Shown here: piece by piece, positions 9,763 to 17,643 of the stretch
Numbering within the stretch: the first letter of the stretch is position 1
Layout of the letters: each line of letters opens with the position of its first letter
Source of the DNA: an uncultured Candidatus Bathyarchaeia archaeon
GTDB lineage: Archaea > Thermoproteota > Bathyarchaeia > 40CM-2-53-6 > RBG-13-38-9
Assembly: GCA_964627775.1 (NCBI GenBank)
Contig: CAZVKZ010000001.1
Coordinates: 1 to 45,909 of the forward strand
Length of the DNA stretch: 45,909 nucleotides
Reading direction: 5' to 3'
Made by a program: the position numbers and the translations under genes
The notes under the pieces: generated by a model
What the model saw: only the letters and a program-made list of their open reading frames with translations
Databases searched by the model: none
What the model was told of the DNA's origin: nothing

Positions 9763-11289
9763 TTAGGGTTGTCCTCTGGAGCGCTTTAATCGTCTTTTTA
9801 TCAGAGTCTTGTTGATTCCTTCTATCATAGCTTCTACGCTTGCGATTACCACGTCTTCCCTAGCGGCTCTAGCAGATATTATGTTGCCTTCGCTATCCTC
9901 AACTTTTATGAGAACCTCCGCTAGCGCATCCGATCCTCCGGTCGTCGCTTCCAACCTGTACTCTCTCAAACGGACGTTAACGAGTGATCCTACAATCTTC
10001 TGAATCGCTCTGATGGCGGCATCAACCGGCCCCACACCTGTCTCGGACGCAACATATTCTTTGCCGTCAACAAGTATCTTGACTGATGACGTTGGAACGA
10101 CCGCTGTTCCTGTGACGACTGTCAGATTCTGCAGGTCAACGATCCTCTTCTCCCCCGACACGCCGCCTATGACCGCGGCGGCTATCGCGAAGAGCTCAGC
10201 GTCGGTGACACTCTTTCCTTTGTCTCCAATCTCTTTAACTCGGCTTACTATCTCTTTCATCTGCTCTTCTGTTGGATGGAGCCCGTCTTCCTCGAGCTTA
10301 GCCGCAATGCCGTGTCCACCTGCATGCTTTCCAGCTTGGAACCATCTGCTTCTTCCGACTAGGTCAGGGCTGATCGGCTCGTAGGTCAGGGGGCTTTTCA
10401 GGACTCCGTGTGTGTGTATTCCTGATTCATGGCCGAAAGCGTTTTCTCCAACTATGGCTTTGTTAGGCTGCACAGGCACGCCTGTAAGCCTTGAGACCAA
10501 TCTTGAGGTTTCATAGATCAGTTTTGTGTTGATTCTTGTTCTTTTGTTATGGAGCATGTGGAGCGCCATCACGAATTCTTCAAGTGAGGCATTTCCAGCT
10601 CTCTCACCCAGCCCGTTTATTGTAACGTGAGCTTGGGAGGCGCCTGCTCTTACTCCTGCGAGAGAGTTTGCTACAGCCAAGCCGAAGTCGTTGTGGCAGT
10701 GCACGCTGATGGGTATAGAGACCGTGGATACAGCTTGAGCTATTACATCGAACATTCTTTCCGGCGTCGCTGTTCCGACTGTGTCGGGGACATTTATTAT
10801 GTCGGCTCCAGACTCCTCTGCTACATTCAGTACCTGCTTAAGAAAGTCGGGTTCTGTCCTTGTGGCATCCTCGGGGGAGAATTCTACGACTACGCCATGA
10901 TCTTTTGTGTAGCCGATCCACTTTCTCGCAGCCTCCAGGACCTGTTCCTTGTTCATCTGGAGCTTGTGTTTCATGTGGATCTCTGATGTTGCTATGAACA
11001 CGTGTACATATGGAACCTCACATTCGAGGGCCGCGTCTATATCCTTTTGGTTTGTTCTTGCGAGTCCACAGACTTTTGCTTTCAAGCCTTGTTTCGTGAT
11101 TAGTTTGACGGCTTCCAGTTCTCCTTTTGATACTATCGGGAAGCCTGCCTCTATGGCGTCGACTCCAAGCTCGTCGAGTTTGATGGCTATCTCAAGTTTT
11201 TCATCCGGTGTTAGCGAGACCCCTGGTGTCTGTTCTCCGTCCCTCAGGGTTGTATCGAATATTCTAACCAAGTCTTTTTGAAGCTGCAT
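9763..11289 (-). CDS. leuA: 2-isopropylmalate synthase or (R)-citramalate synthase (LeuA/CimA family)
   Basis: 508 aa. [31 protein letters not shown], and a C-terminal LeuA-dimer-type regulatory domain of about 130 aa. Confidence 0.85.
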   Translation of the reverse strand: MQLQKDLVRIFDTTLRDGEQTPGVSLTPDEKLEIAIKLDELGVDAIEAGFPIVSKGELEAVKLITKQGLKAKVCGLARTNQKDIDAALECEVPYVHVFIATSEIHMKHKLQMNKEQVLEAARKWIGYTKDHGVVVEFSPEDATRTEPDFLKQVLNVAEESGADIINVPDTVGTATPERMFDVIAQAVSTVSIPISVHCHNDFGLAVANSLAGVRAGASQAHVTINGLGERAGNASLEEFVMALHMLHNKRTRINTKLIYETSRLVSRLTGVPVQPNKAIVGENAFGHESGIHTHGVLKSPLTYEPISPDLVGRSRWFQAGKHAGGHGIAAKLEEDGLHPTEEQMKEIVSRVKEIGDKGKSVTDAELFAIAAAVIGGVSGEKRIVDLQNLTVVTGTAVVPTSSVKILVDGKEYVASETGVGPVDAAIRAIQKIVGSLVNVRLREYRLEATTGGSDALAEVLIKVEDSEGNIISARAAREDVVIASVEAMIEGINKTLIKRRLKRSRGQP

Positions 11290-11292
11290 CTT

Positions 11293-12321
11293 CTACATCT
11301 CCAGTATTCTCTTTGCGATTGCCTTTCCAACCTCTACCGTCTTGGCCTTTCCCCCGAGATCTGGTGTTGTGATGTCTGACTTGAGGGTATCGATGAAGGT
11401 TTCCTCAATCGCGGTTGCGGCTTTCATCCACTCTTCGCCCCCGCCTCTGTCGCCGAAGTATTCGAGCATCATCTTTGAGGAGAGTATCATTGAGCATGGA
11501 TTGGCCGTTTGTCTTCCTGCTATGTCTGGTGCTGACCCATGGACGGGTTCGAAGAGGGCAAAATCCCTTCCTATGTTGGCTGATGGAGCGACACCTAGTC
11601 CTCCAACGAGCTGCGCCGCCTCATCAGATAGTATATCGCCGAACATATTTGTCGTTACTATGACATCAAACTCTTGAGGGTTCCTTATGAGGTTCATCGC
11701 AGCGGCGTCGACGTACATCTCATTCATTGTGATGTCGGGGTAGTTTCTTGATGTCTCTTGGCACATTCTTCTGAAGAGGCCATCTGTTATCTTCATAACG
11801 TTTGCTTTGTGGATTGCTGTTACCCTTCTCTTGTTGTTTCTCAGCCTTGCCAGCCTGAATGCGTAGTCAGCTATGTTCCTTGATCCTGCTGCGGTTATGA
11901 CACGCATTGCAAGGGCTGTCTCATCAAGTTCGAATTCTATTCCCTTGTAGACGTCTTCTGTATTCTCTCGTACGATTACAAGATCTATGCCAGGTCTTAG
12001 ACATTCTATTCCTGGATAGGCCTTGGCTGGCCGTATGTTGGCGTAGAGTTTGAAGATTAGTCTGAGAGGCAATATGACTTCTCTGGCCATCTCTCCCACA
12101 GGGCCCTTGAGAACTGCATCAGAATTCTTGACGACTTCCATAGTATCTTGTGGTAGTGCCTGTCCGCTTTTTCTGAAGCACTCGTCCCCAGCATCGACTT
12201 TGGTAAAAGCTAGGCCTAAACCAAACCTGTCTTTGGCAGCCTCCAAGACTCTTAGGGTGGCTTCTGTCTGTTCTGGACCAATTCCATCTCCAGGTATGAC
12301 GGTTACTCTTCGCTCTCTCAT
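11293..12321 (-). CDS. leuB: 3-isopropylmalate dehydrogenase (possibly broad-specificity)
   Basis: 342 aa. IPGDGIGPE, LYANIRP, NMFGDILSDEAAQLVGGLG. Embedded between leuD and leuA. Confidence 0.8.
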   Translation of the reverse strand: MRERRVTVIPGDGIGPEQTEATLRVLEAAKDRFGLGLAFTKVDAGDECFRKSGQALPQDTMEVVKNSDAVLKGPVGEMAREVILPLRLIFKLYANIRPAKAYPGIECLRPGIDLVIVRENTEDVYKGIEFELDETALAMRVITAAGSRNIADYAFRLARLRNNKRRVTAIHKANVMKITDGLFRRMCQETSRNYPDITMNEMYVDAAAMNLIRNPQEFDVIVTTNMFGDILSDEAAQLVGGLGVAPSANIGRDFALFEPVHGSAPDIAGRQTANPCSMILSSKMMLEYFGDRGGGEEWMKAATAIEETFIDTLKSDITTPDLGGKAKTVEVGKAIAKRILEM

Positions 12322-12821
12322 CGCTTCCCTATCAAGCCTCTCACGTGAGGAATTAAGCCTCCCTCCTCGAGCAGATTCAGAATGAAATCTGGTAGGGGGG
12401 AGGATTTCAGCGTGATCCTTCTCGTCTGATTGTCGACTACTCCAGCTTTTAGATCTACTGAGAGGAGGTCACCCTCTTGTGTCTTCTCTGATACTCCTTG
12501 GCACTCTAGGGCTGGGAGCCCGATATTTATCGAGTTTCTGTAGAATATTCGTGCGAAGGATTCTGCCAGTACGCACCTTACGCCGGCGCTCTTCAGAGCT
12601 ATCGCTGCTTGTTCTCTGCTTGAGCCGCAGCCGAAGTTCCTGCCTCCTACGAGTATTACTCCTTCTCTTGCTCTCTGTGAGAATGTTGGATCTAATCCTT
12701 CGAGTGCGTGTATTCCGAGCTCTTCTGGGTCTATCAACTCAAGGTAGTTTCCTGGGAGGATCACGTCTGTGTTTATGTTGTCTCCGAACTTCGTCGCTTT
12801 CCCTGTTATTGTCACGTTCAT
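12318..12821 (-). CDS. leuD: 3-isopropylmalate/homoaconitate dehydratase small subunit
   Basis: 167 aa. GRNFGCGSSREQAA swivel-domain motif. 4-nt overlaps with both leuC and leuB. Confidence 0.85.
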   Translation of the reverse strand: MNVTITGKATKFGDNINTDVILPGNYLELIDPEELGIHALEGLDPTFSQRAREGVILVGGRNFGCGSSREQAAIALKSAGVRCVLAESFARIFYRNSINIGLPALECQGVSEKTQEGDLLSVDLKAGVVDNQTRRITLKSSPLPDFILNLLEEGGLIPHVRGLIGKR

Positions 12822-14080
12822 CGCCTCCTGAGTTCATTTGGGTCTGTTATGTGTCCTGTTATACCGGATGCTGCTGCGGTAGCTGGGTTCGCTAGGTAGA
12901 CCTCGGATTCTGGGCTTCCCATTCGTCCTATGAAGTTGCGGTTTGAGGTGCTGATGCAGGCCTCTTTTGGTGCGAGTAGGCCCATGTGTCCTCCGAGGCA
13001 TGGGCCGCAGGTGGCGTTGGTGACTATCGCCCCTGCCTCCATGAATGTCTTGAATAGGCCTTCCTTGAGGCATTTCCGGTATACTTCCTGTGACGCTGGG
13101 CTCACGATCATTCTGACGTCGTGATGGATCTCTCTGTTTTTCAGAATCGCCGCGGCCAGACGGAGGTCTTCAATTCGACCGTTTGTGCATGAGCCTATGA
13201 ATACCTGGTCTATCTTCACGCTTGAGAGTTCAGATGCTGGTTGTACATTGTCGACTGATGGTGGGCAGGCCACTACCGGGTTCAGTTTTGAGACATCGTA
13301 TTCCAGAGTGTCCTCATAGACGGCGTCCTTGTCGCTCTTCACTGGTTTGAAAGGTTTCTTTGTCCTGGCCTTCACGTAGGCTATGGTTTTGTTGTCTGGG
13401 GGGACTATGCCTGCCTTTGCCCCAGCCTCCACAACCATGTTACATACGGTCAGTCTGCCATCGATGCTCATGTTTGTGAATGTCGAACCAGTGAATTCCA
13501 TTCCTTTGTATATTGCGCCGCCTTCGCCAATGTCGCCGATAATCCTTAGTATCAGGTCTTTTGATGTGGTGTTTCTTTTGAAAGGCCCTATCGCATGGAT
13601 TTTCAAGGCCTTCGGCACCTTGAACCACATTTTGCCTGTAGTAAATACCGCCGCCATCTCTGTGGATCCTATCCCGGTCGCGAATGCGCCGAGCGCGCCG
13701 TAGGTGCACGTGTGGGAGTCGGCACCCACAATGAGCTCCCCCGGCCGCGCGTGCCCTTTCTCATGGAAGACTTGATGGCAGATGCCTCCTTGACCAATGT
13801 CGTATAGGCTTTGAATATGCTGTTCTTTTACGAATTCTCGTAGGCCTTTCTGGAGTTTTGCAGCTCTAATGGTGCTTGCTGGAACTAGGTGGTCGAAGAT
13901 CACAACTATCTTCTTTGGATCCCACACCTTTTCTGAGCCAATCTTTCGGAAAGAGTCGACGGTCAATGGACCAGTTAGGTCGTGGATCATCGTCATGTCT
14001 ATGTTTGCTTCGACGATCTCTCCAGGGGTCACCTCTTTTCTCTCTGAGGCCCTCGCAAGTATCTTCTCGAAGATGTTCAA
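12818..14080 (-). CDS. leuC: 3-isopropylmalate/homoaconitate dehydratase large subunit
   Basis: 420 aa aconitase-family protein with GSCTNGR and CGPCLG Fe-S ligand motifs. TTG start. Confidence 0.85.
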   Translation of the reverse strand: MNIFEKILARASERKEVTPGEIVEANIDMTMIHDLTGPLTVDSFRKIGSEKVWDPKKIVVIFDHLVPASTIRAAKLQKGLREFVKEQHIQSLYDIGQGGICHQVFHEKGHARPGELIVGADSHTCTYGALGAFATGIGSTEMAAVFTTGKMWFKVPKALKIHAIGPFKRNTTSKDLILRIIGDIGEGGAIYKGMEFTGSTFTNMSIDGRLTVCNMVVEAGAKAGIVPPDNKTIAYVKARTKKPFKPVKSDKDAVYEDTLEYDVSKLNPVVACPPSVDNVQPASELSSVKIDQVFIGSCTNGRIEDLRLAAAILKNREIHHDVRMIVSPASQEVYRKCLKEGLFKTFMEAGAIVTNATCGPCLGGHMGLLAPKEACISTSNRNFIGRMGSPESEVYLANPATAAASGITGHITDPNELRRR

Positions 14081-14127
14081 TCTTCATACCTTTGGATTTG
14101 TTTCATGAACTTTCTATTTCGTACCCA

Positions 14128-14140
14128 TATTAAAGATTTC
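14128..14140 (-). promoter_or_regulatory. Candidate BRE/TATA promoter element of the leuCDBA operon
   Basis: The minus strand reads GAAATCTTTAATA, 48-60 nt upstream of the leuC TTG. An identical 13-mer lies upstream of lysW. Confidence 0.45.
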
Positions 14141-14144
14141 CGCC

Positions 14145-14151
14145 AAAAAAA
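14145..14151 (-). terminator. Oligo-T (T7) tract downstream of ilvC, candidate archaeal terminator
   Basis: The minus strand reads CCTTTTTTTGG about 50 nt after the ilvC stop and immediately before the leuC promoter element. Confidence 0.45.
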
Positions 14152-14199
14152 GGTCGATGAATCACTTAATTCACAAAGAAATTACGAAATTCAGCAGTA

Positions 14200-15204
14200 T
14201 CAGTAGGTCGTCGCGCCTTTCTCTATCCCCGCCATCTGCCTGATCTTCTTGCCGACTTTCTCGATCGGGTGTTCCTCAAGTTCCTTCATGAGCTTGTTGA
14301 GTCTCTCCATGCTCTTCTTTGGATCGCCGCTCCAGTCTCTTGCGAACTCGCCGCTCTGGACGAACTTGACAACCTTACGCATGTTCTCCTTCACGTGATC
14401 GTCGATCACTCTTGGTCCGACAGTTAGACTTCCGTACTGGGCTGTGTGAGAGATCATCTTCATCATCCTCGTCAGCCCACCTTCGTAGAGGAGGTCGACC
14501 ATGAGTTTCAGCTCGTTGGCCACTTCGAAGTATGCGAGCTCGGGCTGGTAGCCAGCCTCGACAAGAACCTCGAATCCTTTCTTGACCAGCTCCATCGAGC
14601 CTCCGCCCAGAACTGTCTGTTCACCTATTATGTCAGTCTCCGCTTCTTCTTTGAACGTTGTCTCGATCACTCCTGCTTTGGTTGCGCCCAAGGCCTTTGC
14701 CATCGCAAGGATTATCTCTTTGGCTTTGCCAGAGGCGTCTTGGTAGACCGCTATCAGTGCGGGTACACCGAAACCTTCCTTATAGATCTCTCTCAGCCTT
14801 GATCCTGGGCTCTTGGGGGCGACCATCATGACATCCACGTTCTTGGGCGGTACTATCTGCTTGAAGTGTATGTTGTAGCCGTGTGAGCAACTGATTGCCT
14901 TGCCTGGTTTCAGGTTTGGTTCAATGTATTTGCGGTACACAGCCGGCTGTTCCAGGTCAGGGAAGAGCATGTGTATGATGTCACCTTTCTTCACTGCCTC
15001 ATCCACGGTTAGGGGTGTGAAACCTTCCTGCTCAGCCAGTTTCCAAGATTTTCCTCCTGGCTTCAGACCTACAACTACATTAATCCCTGAATCTCGGAAG
15101 GTTAGGGCTTGAGCGTGCCCTTGGTTTCCGTATCCAATAACGGCTATGGTCTTTCCTTCAAGGTACTTCAAGTCTGCATCTTCGTCGTGGTATACTTTTG
15201 CCAT
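14200..15204 (-). CDS. ilvC: Ketol-acid reductoisomerase (class I)
   Basis: 334 aa. [11 protein letters not shown] dinucleotide-binding motif and typical KARI C-terminal knotted domain sequence. Confidence 0.9.
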   Translation of the reverse strand: MAKVYHDEDADLKYLEGKTIAVIGYGNQGHAQALTFRDSGINVVVGLKPGGKSWKLAEQEGFTPLTVDEAVKKGDIIHMLFPDLEQPAVYRKYIEPNLKPGKAISCSHGYNIHFKQIVPPKNVDVMMVAPKSPGSRLREIYKEGFGVPALIAVYQDASGKAKEIILAMAKALGATKAGVIETTFKEEAETDIIGEQTVLGGGSMELVKKGFEVLVEAGYQPELAYFEVANELKLMVDLLYEGGLTRMMKMISHTAQYGSLTVGPRVIDDHVKENMRKVVKFVQSGEFARDWSGDPKKSMERLNKLMKELEEHPIEKVGKKIRQMAGIEKGATTY

Positions 15205-15216
15205 CTCAATTCACCA

Positions 15217-15735
15217 TTATTCGTTTATTCTTACAGATTCTGGTCCCCTTATAAGTGCAGTCTCCCCTGTTCTGGCTACCTCGACGAGACCAAAGGTTCT
15301 AGTTAGGTTGATGAAGGCGTCTATCTTGTCCTTGCTACCGACTATCTCTACGGTCACTGTTGAGGGCGAAACGTCAACGATTCTACCTCGGAAGACATCC
15401 ACGTAGTTGAAGATGTCTGAACGAATCTTCGGATCTGCTGAGCTGAGTTTGATCAAGGCGAGTTCCCTCACTACGGCTCTTTGAGGATCGAGTCTTGTGG
15501 CTTTTAGAACGTCTATGAGCTTCTCAAGCTGGCCGACCAGCTGGACAGCGTCTTCCTCTTCCCCCTTGATTGTTATGGTCATGCGAGCCAGGTCTTCCTG
15601 CTCCGCGGTTCCGATTGAGATGCTTTCTATGTTGAAACCGCGGCGCCAGAACATGTTTGAGACTTTATAGAGTACACCGGGCTTGTGCTCAACTAGAGCC
15701 GATATGATGAAGGTTCTCGGCATTTCTTCTTTCAC
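15217..15735 (-). CDS. ilvN: Acetolactate synthase small (regulatory) subunit
   Basis: 172 aa. N-terminal ACT domain (ALVEHKPGVLYKVSNMFWRRGFNIESISIG). 4-nt overlap with ilvB. Confidence 0.85.
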   Translation of the reverse strand: MKEEMPRTFIISALVEHKPGVLYKVSNMFWRRGFNIESISIGTAEQEDLARMTITIKGEEEDAVQLVGQLEKLIDVLKATRLDPQRAVVRELALIKLSSADPKIRSDIFNYVDVFRGRIVDVSPSTVTVEIVGSKDKIDAFINLTRTFGLVEVARTGETALIRGPESVRINE

Positions 15736-17411
15736 CCTATTACATCCTTCAGACTATATCCCGCAGGCACCATCGGTAAGACGTTCTCCTCTGGATCTAT
15801 TGGGACATCTATCACAGTCGTGACGTCGCTTGTTAGGGATTTTTTGAATGCGTCTGACAGCTCCCTTATTGAACCGACGCGCAGTCCTTGAGCCCCGTAG
15901 GCTTCCGCCAGTTTCACAAAGTCTGGAACATTGCCAAGTTCAACCGCGGAGTATCGTCGGTTATAGAAGAGCCTCTGCCACTGTGCGACCATTCCAAGCA
16001 TCCGATTATTCAGTATCAGGACTGTAACCGGGATTTTTTCTAGGACCGATGTTGCGAGTGAGTTCTCTGTCATCATGAAACTCCCGTCGCCGGCTATGTC
16101 GACGACGTGGACGTCAGGCTTTGCGGCTTTTGCGCCTATTGAGGCCGGGAACCCGTATCCCATGCAGCCGAAGCCTCCGGATGTGATGAAGGTTCTCGGC
16201 AGTAATGCCTTGAAATACAGTGAGGACCACATCTGGTTCTGACCCACCTCTGTCGTCACTATCGAATTCAAGGGTAACAGCCGTCTGAGCTCCTTCAAGA
16301 CCTTTGGAGGGGTTAGCTCTTTTCCGGAATTCTCTATCTTGTCTGCATAAGCCTCTTTGACTTCCCTAACCTTTCTCGACCATTCGGTATCCTTCTTTGT
16401 AGTGATGCGGGCGACGACGGCTTGGTGCAATGCGCTTAGGGCGTAGCTTGCGTCACTGACGATCGCTACGTCAACGCACTTGTTCTTTCCAATCTCGGCC
16501 GCGTCTATATCTACATGTATGACGTGCGTAGTAGGACAGAACTCGTCGACTTTCCCGGTAGTTCGATCGCTGAATCGACAGCCGACTGCCAGTAGTACAT
16601 CAGCCCCGTAGATCAATTGATTGGCTTCTTTTGAGCCGTGCATTCCAATGGTTCCCATAGAGAGGGGATGGTCTTCGGGGAAGCTACCTTTGCCCATAAG
16701 CGATGTCGCAACCGGTGCGAAGATTAGTTCCGCGAGTTGGCGTAGTCCATGCGAGGCATTCGATAGAGTCACACCGCCTCCTGCTAGGATAAATGGTCTT
16801 TCAGCGTTAGCCAGCATCTCTGCGGCCTTGTTGATCTGGACTGGATCCGGACGGTAGACTGTCTTATACCCCCTTATCTCAACTTTTTCCGGAAACTCTA
16901 CCTCTGCTGAGTCAACTAGGACGTCTTTTGGTATATCTACCAGGACTGGCCCTGGTCTTCCTGTACTGGCTATGTGAAATGCAGCCTTGATGGTTTTCGG
17001 TATCTCCCCAACTTTGCGCGGCTGAAAGCTATATTTGGTCGCGGGGCTTGCTATGCCGATTATGTCTGCTTCCTGGAATGCGTCTAGGCCTATCTGGGGG
17101 ATAGAGACTTGGCCTGTTATGGCGACTACTGGTGAGGAGTCGAGTTGTGCATTCGCCAAACCAGTGACTAGATTGGTGGCTCCTGGTCCAGAGGTTGCCA
17201 TGCATACCCCTGTTCTCCCGCCTGCTCTTGCGTAGCCATCTGCCATGTGGGCGGCAGATTGCTCGTGTCTTGCAAGGATGTGTCTGATGTTTGAGTCTAA
17301 GAGTGCATCGTAGGCGGGCATTATCGCTCCGCCGGGAAAGCCAAAGATGACGCTGACCTTCTCTCTTTCCAATGACCCTATCAGGGCTTTTGCGCCAGAC
17401 AGCTTAACCAT
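15732..17411 (-). CDS. ilvB: Acetolactate synthase large subunit (ThDP-dependent)
   Basis: 559 aa. ThDP motif IAGDGSFMM...LILNN. Full-length collinearity with AHAS catalytic subunits. Confidence 0.9.
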   Translation of the reverse strand: MVKLSGAKALIGSLEREKVSVIFGFPGGAIMPAYDALLDSNIRHILARHEQSAAHMADGYARAGGRTGVCMATSGPGATNLVTGLANAQLDSSPVVAITGQVSIPQIGLDAFQEADIIGIASPATKYSFQPRKVGEIPKTIKAAFHIASTGRPGPVLVDIPKDVLVDSAEVEFPEKVEIRGYKTVYRPDPVQINKAAEMLANAERPFILAGGGVTLSNASHGLRQLAELIFAPVATSLMGKGSFPEDHPLSMGTIGMHGSKEANQLIYGADVLLAVGCRFSDRTTGKVDEFCPTTHVIHVDIDAAEIGKNKCVDVAIVSDASYALSALHQAVVARITTKKDTEWSRKVREVKEAYADKIENSGKELTPPKVLKELRRLLPLNSIVTTEVGQNQMWSSLYFKALLPRTFITSGGFGCMGYGFPASIGAKAAKPDVHVVDIAGDGSFMMTENSLATSVLEKIPVTVLILNNRMLGMVAQWQRLFYNRRYSAVELGNVPDFVKLAEAYGAQGLRVGSIRELSDAFKKSLTSDVTTVIDVPIDPEENVLPMVPAGYSLKDVIG

Positions 17412-17478
17412 TATAGTATCATCTCTGTTGTTTTTTGCGCAGCCGTTACAGCAACTTATTGAGAGTTCGCTGCTTCGG

Positions 17479-17577
17479 CTACACTAAAATTACTACAATG
17501 ACGATGAGTACCACTGGGAGTCTGAGGTTACGAAGTAGCTTAGGAAGGTAGTCAGTACGCAATTGTACCCCACTCAT
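17479..17577 (-). CDS. Candidate ilv leader peptide (32 codons, BCAA-run C-terminus)
   Basis: Hand translation of the minus strand gives ATG (17577-17575) ... TAG (17481-17479) = MSGVQLRTDYLPKLLRNLRLPVVLIVIVVILV. The last 11 codons are all Val/Ile/Leu. The stop is 67 nt upstream of the ilvB ATG on the same strand. Below the ORF-track size cutoff. Confidence 0.45.
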   Translation of the reverse strand: MSGVQLRTDYLPKLLRNLRLPVVLIVIVVILV

Positions 17578-17581
17578 CGTC
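17500..17581 (-). repeat. Perfect 10-bp inverted repeat (GACGATGAGT / ACTCATCGTC) bracketing most of the leader ORF
   Basis: Arms at 17572-17581 (contains the leader ATG) and 17500-17509 (covers the leader codons CTC ATC GTC). 62-nt spacer. Confidence 0.6.
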
Positions 17582-17643
17582 TTGTTCGCCGTAAATGCTA
17601 TTCTTGCGCCTATAAGGCTATTGGTGAAATTCAGATGGCGGGT

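Noticed and set aside
14077-14106. 9-codon uORF (MKQIQRYED) overlapping the leuC start, considered as a possible leu leader
   Set aside because: It contains no Leu codons and is too short, so there is no support for an attenuation role. It may still be translated, but there is no evidence.
9809-14133. Many 60-140-aa ORFs antisense or out of frame within the leu genes (e.g. 10013-10384, 12479-12895, 13383-13703). Similar ones occur inside ilvB, HCS, lysK/J/Z/Y, infB, aIF2-gamma, HMGR and fni.
   Set aside because: All lie wholly inside long ORFs with strong family signatures on the other strand or frame. They have skewed low-complexity composition (S/L/R/P-rich), typical of shadow ORFs.
17480-17581. 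Box C/D sRNA (ACGAUGA ... CUGA) in the ilvB upstream region
   Set aside because: The C-like box deviates from RUGAUGA. The spacing to the CUGA is 14 nt on the plus strand and 17 nt on the minus strand, rather than about 12. There is no C'/D' pair or second D box at the right distance. The GAUGA strings are better explained as the arms of the 10-bp inverted repeat.
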